Both the position numbers and the translations under genes were made by a program. The notes under the pieces were generated by a model. That model ran no database searches. It was not told the origin of the DNA and worked only from the letters and a program-made list of their open reading frames with translations. Positions 1 to 10,100 of a DNA stretch of 32,000 bases are shown in pieces. Position 1 is the stretch's first letter. The number at the start of each line of letters is the position of its first letter. The stretch is from contig JBAZYK010000006.1 in the NCBI GenBank assembly GCA_041659405.1, positions 1 through 32,000 on the forward strand, read 5' to 3'. Source of the DNA: Candidatus Altimarinota bacterium (GTDB lineage Bacteria; Patescibacteriota; Gracilibacteria; UBA1369).

Positions 1-2
1 TG

Positions 3-47
3 GAGGGAATGGTGATGATTTAGTCATCTTTCATCATCCCTCTTTTT
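3..47 (+). terminator. Candidate rho-independent terminator for a plus-strand gene left of the window
   Basis: GAGGGA-(atgg)-TGATGA pairs with TCATCATCCCTC (4-nt bulge), followed directly by TTTTT at 43-47. Confidence 0.5.
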
Positions 48-55
48 GTTGTGGC

Positions 56-1168
56 TTAAAACCTGTTTTTTCTCTTTCCCTCAATATCAAATCCGTCTCG
101 CACTCTCGAAATCTTGGAAAGGGGTGTATCAAAATTATGACCCATTTCAATTCTGGAAAGATTCAACAAATCGCTTACCAGACGAATTGAGCGCTCATTA
201 CTGACAATAATTCCATGGACATAGTCTCGTTGTTCTTCATTTAATTTATGCTGTTTATTTTTACTTAGTAATTCGGCAAACCATTTTATGGCTGTTAGCG
301 GCTCACGCAATTGATGCGATGCCAAAGAGATAAACTCCGATTTCATGCGATCAAGTTCCCGGAGTTTTGTAATATCATGTTCCGTCCCAACAAAAAACTC
401 CACATTGCGTTTACTGTCCAAGACCGGAGTAATAACAATTTCCGCATCATATAATTCACCATTTTTCCTTTTATTCTGAACCTCCCCGCGAAAGACCTTT
501 TTGTCCTTATAAATGGTATTCCACATGTCCTTATAGAATTTTTTAGGCATATTTCCTCCCCATAATTTACCGGAAGATTTCCCAATCATTTCTTTTGGAT
601 CGTAACCCGTAACCACCTTTACACCTTTATTGGCATACAAAATTTTATCATCCGGATCTGTAATAATCAGATGAGTCGAGGCCTCTACAACCATTTTGAA
701 TTTCTTAAGTTCCTTGGCCAGATTTTTGGAAACAGATTTTGCTCTTCCCATCTGCTCCTCAAATTCTTCACGTTTACCAACATCTTCAAAAGCAAGAAAA
801 ATGGATTCCTGATGATCAGAACTGCAAATTATTTTAACGGCATTCAATAAAATAGTTTGCTTTCCAATTCGCGGAAAATCAGCCTCTATTTTAAAATCAC
901 AAAAGAAAGAATTTTTAGCCAAAATTTCCTCCAATAATTTTCTTAACTTTGGAATATTCCACTGTTTATCATTAAGCTGATAAATACATTTATCCAATAC
1001 TTCCTTCGCTTTAACTTTAAAAAATCGATAAAAAGCATTATTGGCCATCCTTACATTCAAATCCTGGTCCAAAACAAGCAAAGGCTCATGAATTGAATTT
1101 ATAATTTCGCCAACGTGTTCAGGGAAAGCCAATGAAGTTTTTTTTGAGTTTTTATGATTTGTATTCAT
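56..1168 (-). CDS. PAS-PAS-HisKA sensor protein, no HATPase_c domain visible
   Basis: 370-aa ORF. PAS-like segments 'IINSIHEPLLVLDQDLNVRMANNAFYRFF' and 'ASTHLIITDPDDKILYANKGVKVVTGYDPKEMIGK'. H-box 'EFISLASHQLREPLTAIKWFAELL'. The ORF stops just after the HisKA helices. Confidence 0.85.
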   Translation of the reverse strand: MNTNHKNSKKTSLAFPEHVGEIINSIHEPLLVLDQDLNVRMANNAFYRFFKVKAKEVLDKCIYQLNDKQWNIPKLRKLLEEILAKNSFFCDFKIEADFPRIGKQTILLNAVKIICSSDHQESIFLAFEDVGKREEFEEQMGRAKSVSKNLAKELKKFKMVVEASTHLIITDPDDKILYANKGVKVVTGYDPKEMIGKSSGKLWGGNMPKKFYKDMWNTIYKDKKVFRGEVQNKRKNGELYDAEIVITPVLDSKRNVEFFVGTEHDITKLRELDRMKSEFISLASHQLREPLTAIKWFAELLSKNKQHKLNEEQRDYVHGIIVSNERSIRLVSDLLNLSRIEMGHNFDTPLSKISRVRDGFDIEGKRKNRF

Positions 1169-1196
1169 GGGAAAGTTATTAAAGTTTAAATCTGTA

Positions 1197-4100
1197 TCAC
1201 GCAGATTTAAACTTTTTCCTCATTCTATAAAGCAAAAACATTCCAACCAGAATGACCACAACCGTAATCAGGGTTGAATACAGATTCAGGTAATAATAAG
1301 CCATTACCCAGAAGTTTTTATTAACGGTAAAAGTTTTAATGGCACTTGGTAAACTTTTCACCTTGGCAATTGGGTCAAGCGCTACGGCAAAAATGGAATG
1401 TTCACCGGGAGTCAGTTCCACATTACTTTGCAAATGATCCAAATTCCAAATTCCGTTACCATCCGCCTTTACCCTATAAACTAAAGCCTGATCACTATGA
1501 AGATAGAGAACCACTTCCTGATTTGGTAAAGCGCGTCCACTGAACTTAATCACATTCGCGGTTGAAGTTTCCGTAGTTGCTCCATTTTGGATTGAAACTA
1601 TCTGTGGTTGAGGAATATTTGGCAGCACAGTTGCCTCAGCCGCCTGGCCAATTGTAACTATTGCCGGTATAGGCAAAGGAGCTCCCGGGGCAATGCCACC
1701 AACAAGCGTTGTAGCGCCACCGGTAGGCCTTGCGGCACCAGGCAAAGCAGGTCCGCCCACCGCAGCTGCTCCCGTTAAACCAGCTGGAGCAACCACACGA
1801 TTTACATCTAACAAATTAACCGCGCTCGCATTTCCGGCAGGATCAACCACCACCAATTCAAACTGATGTTTTCCAAGAGCAAGGGTAGCGCCAGAAGGAA
1901 GATTGAAAGTCCAATTGCCAATTTCATTGGTTGCAGTGGTAAATTTAGTTTTCTTGTCCACGGTAATTTGAACTGTGGAATATGGTTCCGCAAAACCATT
2001 TAAAGTAGGTGTATCAGTTGAAATATTTTCATTTTCCGCAGGGTTAGCCACACTTGGTAAACCCGGAGGAGTTAAATCAATCAGCAAAGGCATTCCATTG
2101 GAATTTGCACTTGGATTATTGAACGAATCTACAGCTTTAACAGTCAAAATATGTTGACCTTCCGTAAAGGTGAAAGTCTGTCCAAATCTGCCATTGGCAT
2201 CAGCCAAAGCGGTAAAATAATCAACAAAAGTTCCATTATCATAAAGAATTATTTTGGCATTTGAGACAGCTACACCGGAAACATTCACGCTGGTTTTATT
2301 GGTTGGAGTCGCAAGACGATCCAGTACCGGAACATTCAATAAAGATGCGTTGAAAAGTACTGCAGGAGTTCCACCACCACCACTAACAACCGGCGTTGGA
2401 GTAGGTGCTGGAACTTCAAATAGATTAATAGATACAACCGTCGCTTCATTGCCATATTTATCCACAGCCCAAATTTTCACAAAATAATTATTGGTCAAAG
2501 GAATCCCTGTAATTGTAGTTATGGAAGTCAAAACATCACTCAAAGTTGGATCTTCCGTCGTGCTCCATTTTGTAGCAGTACCGATTCGCGCATCAACGTC
2601 AGTTTGGCTTGTCCCATGCCATAATTCGTAATGATCAAAATTACTCTCGGTCACAGAACCTGCCCAGTTTAAAGTTGCCGCAGTTGTAGTCGAAGAAAAT
2701 TTCGTTAGAGATGTAAGCCCAACCGGAGCTAAAGTATCTACCGCAAAATCGGTTGATTCAAAGACGCTGGAGTTTCCAAAACTGTCCGTAGCCTGTAAAC
2801 GAACACGGGCATTGGCTATTTCCGTAGTTGCCAAATCAACAGCAGGATTCCACGAAATTGCTTTACCGGCGCCGGCCGTTTGTCCGCTGCCAAAATTTCC
2901 GGCAAGTGTTGACGTTGCTACAGTCCAGGTTGTCCCGCCATTTTTAGAAATTTCCGGAGTGACTGTAATGTTAGAAGACGCATCATCGGCCAAATCATAA
3001 GCGATTGAAACCGCATTGTTTGCCCCCAAAGTTTGAGTGGCAATTAACGCACTCACAACCGGAGCCTTGGTATCGATTGCAAAATCAGCCGAATTGGCAA
3101 AAACACCCTGGTTTCCAAAATAATCCTTGGCCTTAACTCTGACTTTCATATTAGTTTTATGTTGAGCGCTAAAATCAGTTCCGGCGTCCCAGGTAAACGT
3201 TTTCGCACCGGTAGTAATACCCGTTCCAATTGCTCCGGTTACCGTTGTTGCCGGAACCGCCCAGGTAGTTCCACCATCCGCAGAAAACTCAGCCTCAACC
3301 AAAAATCCGGCCGGAGTGTTATCCGCCAAAGTATAGTTAACCTCAACATTGTCTGTTCCAGCTGTTTGAGCCGCAGTTACGCCGCTAACCACCGGCAATT
3401 TTGTATCGACTGAAAAATCATCGGAAGCCACAAAAGTACCAATGTTATCATAGGCATCGGTTCCACGGATTTTTATCTTCATTGTAGTACTTTCCTGATT
3501 TGCGAAATCAATTCCCGCATTCCAGGTTATATTTTTATTTGTGCCGATTGAGATGCCGGAACCAACATCACCAGCCATTGAAGTTGTGGCAACAGTGTAA
3601 GTTGCGCCACTGTCATCAGAAATCAAAGCCTCAACCGAATTGTTCGTACCGGAATTATCCACCATATCATAATGAATCGTTAAACCATCTGTCCCCGGAA
3701 TCTGCCCGATATTAATATTTGAAATTACCGGACCAAGCGTATCAACCGAAAAAGCGGAGGAAGTAGCCAAATTACCTGATGTTAAACCATCATTCGCCTG
3801 CAATCTTACATAAACGGTTGAACTGCCAAAGTTTGCCAAATCCGCCGCCAAATCCCAGGCAAAAACAAAAGAATGACCGGAAGAAGTAAACGCCAAACCA
3901 CTTATACCATCAGCTCCCACTCCCGCTTTTTGAGTCATGGTATGCCAGATGGAATTATCGGTGGAATATTCATAAGAGGTTAGATCATTTGTGTCATTTT
4001 GAGCGTCCGTTCCGGAGTAATTAACTAAAACATAACTTCTATTCAAAGGCTGCGCAACACTTGTAATACTTATAACCGGAGCAGTATTTGCAACAGCACC

Positions 4101-7100
4101 AACATTGGAGAAACTGCTTTCACTGCCGGATTGATGTGCAGTATCAGCCGGATTTCGTGATTTAACTTCAAAACTATATCGAGCCACCGGAGAAGTTAGA
4201 CCGGTCACGGTAATTTTTCCGCTTACACCGGAGCTATTTCCCCATTGCCCCGCTGCCGTTCCCAAAGTTTTCCAGACTGCAGCTGTATCCAATGAACCAT
4301 TTGTCTGCACATATTTACCGGTTGTAGTTTCAAAAATCGCATAAGGAACAGTACTCGATTCCCCTGTATGAGGATTTACCGTTACATCCACACTTGTATT
4401 TTGAGGATTGCCAACGGTTGGTGCATCCGGTTTATAAGGTTTAACGTATTTTTTAGTAGTTGAAGGCGCAGTATTTTCATTCGTAGCAGTTTTTCCATAA
4501 AGATCGCCCTCCGTTATTTTAACTTTGGAAACATAATCACTACCGGTAAGAGTTTGGCCGGCAGCCGTAGCCTGTGCCGGAGGAGTTGCGGTATTACCGG
4601 TTCCAGCCGTACTGGCGCCATAAGCCAAACCATTCAAAGCAAGCGCAAAATCATTGGTGCCCGGATTAGATTCGGTAAACGAACCTTCAATCAAAGCGGT
4701 TGTATCACCGGCATTTGGTTGAGTTGAAAGATCAGCCGCCGCATTGGTTGCAGGCGCCAAAGTATCCAAATTAAACGCCGTGGAAGAAACATTGTCACTA
4801 ACATTATTAAATCCATCCGTGCCACGCAATCTAACCATCATGGTTGATTTTTGGTGGTTTGTATAATCCGTTCCTGCATTCCAGGTTATGGTTTTACCGT
4901 TTCCGGCAGGTACCGCAGCGCCAAGATCACCGGCCGCAGTGATATGGGCAACAACCCAGGTACTTCCGGAATTATCGGAAATATCCATGGCAATTGCAGA
5001 TGTAGCGCTATCGGCAAGATCATAGGTAATCACAAAATTTTGTGATCCCAAAGTTTGAACAGCACCAATATTGGTAATAACCGGACCTTTGGTATCAACC
5101 GCAAACGAAGATGGAGTCGAAACACCGGCATTCCCAAACTGATCGGTCGCACTAACTTTAATTAAAAGATTTTGTTCATGATTTGGATAATCCGTTGCCG
5201 CATTCCAGGTAACAGTTTTATTAACAGCCGGAGTCACTCCGGTTCCCACAGCACCGGTTGCACTTGTTACCGGCACTATCCAAGTCACACCATTATCATT
5301 TGAAACACTGATTGAAACCGTGGAATTATTGGCATCAACAAGGTCATAAGCAATCGCGATCGTTCCCGCCCCGGCATTTTGGGAAGCCGTTACGTTACTA
5401 ACAACCGGAGCCTTTGTATCAACTTCAAAATTACCGGAAACCGTAAAATCACCTGCGTTACTATAAGAATCAGTCGCCTTCAAACGAAGTTTCATGATCG
5501 AAACTTCCTGATTTGCAAAATCGGTTCCGGCATTCCAGGTTATGGTTTTTCCGCTACCAGGAACAACACCTGCATTAATATCGCCACTCGCTGTGGTTAT
5601 TGGAACAACCCAATCACCTCCATCGTTGGCAGAAATATTAAGCTCAACATTAGAAACAGAAACATCACCAAGAGTATAATGAATCGTCACAGTGCCGGAA
5701 CCATTTGTAAGCATGCCAGCTGTTATGGCAGAAATAACCGGTTTTTTAGTATCAATTGTAAAAGAACTGGAAACGGCAGCAGCACCACTGGTATGACCAT
5801 CATTAGCCTGAAGACGTACATAAACCGTGGCATCTTCCGCATTGGCAAGATCCGTTCCAACGTCCCATTTAAAATGATGCAAAACTCCGGAGTCGCTAAA
5901 CGCAAGACCGGTCACTCCCTCACTTCCAACTCCACTTTTTTCGGTCATTGTGGTCCAGGTACTATTATCGGTTGAATATTTATATTGAACCAGACTGGAA
6001 GTTTCACTTTCCAAATCGATACCGTTGTAACTTATATCAACTATTTTAGAACCATCTGTACTTTGTGAAATCGAATTAAATGTAATGTGCGGCGATTGAT
6101 TGGCCGAAGAAGCTCCACTGGAAAGTGCACTTTCACTGGAAGGCGCAAATCCTGTATCACTTGGATTGCGTGACTTGACCTCAAATCCGTAAGTATAGGA
6201 ATGTCTGGTCAATCCGCTCACATTAACTTTGCCGGAAACACCCGAGCCATTTCCCCACTGTCCGGAGCCCGTTCCCAAAGTTTGCCAAACCGGACTCGCC
6301 CCTATGGTTCCATTACCCTGCACATATTCAGAAAGTGTAGCTTCAAAAATCGCATATTCCAGGGAATCAGCCTCTGCCGGATTTTTGTTGACTGTTACAT
6401 CAACCGTCCCAACTCCGGGATTATCAACCGTTGGAAGCGCAGGTGTATAAGGTTTAACATATTTTAACGCCGCAGATGGAGAAGTATTTTCATTGGTTAT
6501 CGATTGACCATATTTATCGGTGTGCGTAATTTTCACCTTGGAAATATAATCGTTACCTTTAAGCGTAACTCCCGTAGCCGTTGCCTGATTTGTCGGAGTT
6601 GCGGTATTTGTAGTACCCGCCGTACTTGATCCGTAACTTCCAACATCAACCGCCACATAAAAAGCATTGGTGCTTGGATTGGCTTCTGTAAAAGATCCAC
6701 CAATTAAAGCAATTGTATCACCTGCACTTGGTTGAGTTTGTAACTCGGCAGCTGCATTAACCGCCGGAGCCAAAGTATCCAAAGCAAAATTGGTTGAATC
6801 TACATCGCCCGAAGCATTATTAAAAATATCCGTTGCCTGAATACGAACCTGCATTGTTCCAAGTGTCTGATTTGGGAAATCGGCTGCCGCATTCCAGGTT
6901 ATAGTTTTTCCTGTTCCAGAAGCCACACTAGCCCCCAAAGCTCCGGTTGCGGACGTGGTTGGCACCACCCAACTTGATCCGCCATTACTGGAAATTTGCA
7001 ATTGAACGGTTGAATTATTTTGATCCGCCAAATCGTAAGTAATATTTACAGTCGTTCCACCCAAAGGCTGAGTTCCAGCCACCGTGGTCACTCTTGGAGC

Positions 7101-10100
7101 TTTAGTATCCAAAGAAAAAGCGGAAGAAGTGGTATTGGAAACATTGATATGTTTATCTGTAGCCGTAATTTTGATCTTCATGTCCGCATGTTCCTGATTA
7201 TCAAAATCGGTCCCGGCATTCCAGGTAATTGTTTTGCCTGCACCCGGCACAGTAGCGGCCCCAAATGCCCCTGCCGCAGATGTAATTGGCACCACCCAAG
7301 TTGAACCGCCATCGCTTGAAATAGCCAAGGCCGTATCAACATTTCCGTTATCTTCAGAAACGTCATAATGGAATGTAAATGTTTTTGCCACAGCATCCTG
7401 AACAGCGGTAACATTGGAAACCACCGGCGCTTTGGTATCCGCCTCAAAAGCGGACGAAGAACTATTCACGCCCTGATTGCCAAATGTATCAGTCGCCCTA
7501 ACCCGCACCATCATCTGAGTCGTATATTCTCCGTCATAATCACTGGCAACATTCCAGGTAATGGTTTTCCCCGCACCCGGAGTGATTCCCGCGCCAATTG
7601 CACCGGTTGCAGAAGCATGAGGAACAGTCCAGGTTGAGCCGCCATCAGCGGAAACATCCATTTGAACATTACTATTATTGCCATCAGTAAGAGTATAAAC
7701 AACCGTCACAGTTGTTGAAGTATCGCTCATTGACGCGGATGTAACAGCTGTAACCGGAACCACGTTATCAATAGCAAAAGCCGAAGAAGTGGCCACCGCA
7801 CTATCCAAAAGTGAATCATTTGATTTCAGTCTGATCAAAACGCTTGAATTTTCCACCCCCGCCAAATCGGTCCCGGAATCCCAGACAAATTTATAATTGC
7901 TACCGGTTGGCAAGAACACCAGATTGATTGTGCTGTTGGACCCAACTCCACTTTTTTCCGTCATTGTAGCCCAGATGCCACCACCATTTGTGGAATATTG
8001 AAACGAAGCCAAACTATTAATATCGCCCTGACCGTCGGTACCGGTATAATTAATGTTTACATATTTTGTACCATCGGTAGTTTGCGCAATACTCCCAAGA
8101 GTAACAGTTGGCGCAGTATTGGTAATTTGCGAAGGTGAAGACAAAGCCGATTCAGAAGACGCAGCATGCCCACCGTCATTTGGATTACGAGATTTTACCT
8201 TAAAAATAAACGTGGAAATATGTGGAGTAAGTCCGGTTACATTCACCTTGCCGGTAACTCCCGTCCCATTTCCCCATTGACCCGCTCCCGTACCCAAAGT
8301 TTGCCAAATCGCACCAGCTCCAAGCGCACCATTTGCCTGAACATATTGACTGGTAGATGTTTCAAAAATGGCATATTGCAGACCACTGGCCTCACTTGCA
8401 TTTGGAACAACCGTTAAATTTAAATTATTGGTTATTGGATTTGTAAGCGTAGGCGCCTGTGGAGTGTAAGGCTTAACATATTTGTAAGTCGCAGATGGTG
8501 AAGTATTTTCATTAGTCCCCGATTGCCCATATAAATCAGCATGCACGATTTTTACTTTTGAAATGTAATCGTTACCTTTAAGTGTTGTTCCGGCAACAGT
8601 ACTTTGATTTGATGGCGTAGCCGTATTCGGAGTACCAACCGTTCCCGCGCCATAATCCGCACCACTCACTCCAACAGAAAAAGTATTTGTACTTGGATTG
8701 GCTTCTGTAAAAGATCCACCAATTAAAACCGCAGAATCACCGGCATTTGGTTGAGCAAACAAATTGGCTATAGCATTGGTTGCCGGCGCCAAAGTATCAA
8801 GCGCAAAACTGATAGACGCAACAAAAACTCCCTGATTTAAAAATTTATCTTTTGCTCTAACCCTAACCTGAATATTGCTTTGTTGATGAGCCGGATAATC
8901 CGTCCCCGCATTCCAGGTTATGGTGTTCCCGATTGCCGCAGTCACTGCAGCACCAACTGCACCGGTAGCGGACGTAACTGGCACTGTCCAGGTCACTCCG
9001 GAATCACCGGAAACTGCCAATTCAACCAGCAAATTATCGGTAGTGTTATCTGTAAGATCATAAGTTATTTGCACCGAAGTAGTGCCCAAAGTTTCCGTAG
9101 CAACAACATTGGCAACCACCGGATTCACATAATCAACCGCAAAAGCGGAAGAAGTCGCAACCGCACTATCAAGAAAGCCATCATTAGCCTTAAGACGAAC
9201 CAGCACAGTCGCATTATAAAAACTTCCAATATCCGCAAGCGCATTCCAGACAAAAGTATGCGCAACTCCCGCCGCAGAAGTAGTAAGCCCAGTAATTCCG
9301 CTATGAGCAGGATCGGAAGTCGCAGCCGTCATTGTCTGCCAGGTCGTTCCATCAACCGAATATTCAGAAGCATTCAAATTGGAAACATCACTTTCGGGAT
9401 CCTGCAAATTATATGGCAAATAAACCAGGCCGGTAGAAGTCCCCTGGGCCGGTGTAAGGCTCGCAACCACCGGAGGATTATCCTGGGTATAATTGATCGA
9501 AACATTATTCAAAATTACCTGTTGGCTGCCATTACCGGACAAAAACGCCTTCCACCTGATTTTATTGGTAGTTTTGGTAAAAGTGGCGATATTCGTATTA
9601 ACAATGGCTGCGGTATTATAGTTGCCCGCTCCGGCTGTAGCCCAAGCCGTACCATTCCAATATTGCCAGGTTACCCCATCATCACTGGAAAGTTGATAAT
9701 TAATTTCTCCACCATTTTTAGTCGCCGTTTCCGCAAACGAATCCCAGCTTAAAACCTTTGCCGGATTCAAAGAAGTCGTCGGAGTTATGGTTGGACTGCC
9801 ACTATCGTAAACATGTGAGGTATTTGACCAGTTTAAAACAACATTATCAAAACCGGAAGTATAGGCATCACTTTCATCGGTAGTTAAATTATTAGTTGCA
9901 TAAGCGGCAAATTTTAAATAGTAAGTACCGGCCGCCCCCAATTTTGTGTGAACATCAATATTGGATACACTTGCCCAGGGAGTCGTTGCACTAATTTCTC
10001 CGCTATCCCAAACTTGCGTTCCCAATACCGGATCAGTATTTGCAGAATCAACAAAAGCGTAAAGATGATAGGTCTGTGGAGCAGTCGGTGAAGTAAAAAC

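Noticed and set aside
2739-8798. CRISPR array or tandem mobile-element array suggested by long periodic repeats
   Set aside because: Repeats are about 2 kb, in frame and encode Ig/FN3-like modules. There are no short direct repeats with unique spacers.
8880-9752. 290-aa plus-strand ORF antisense to the giant surface gene, plus others such as 5379-5975 and 7020-7304
   Set aside because: They lie opposite a well-supported repetitive coding frame. Their translations are rich in N/R/G/I with no domain signal and recur with the repeat phase, so they are antisense by-products.
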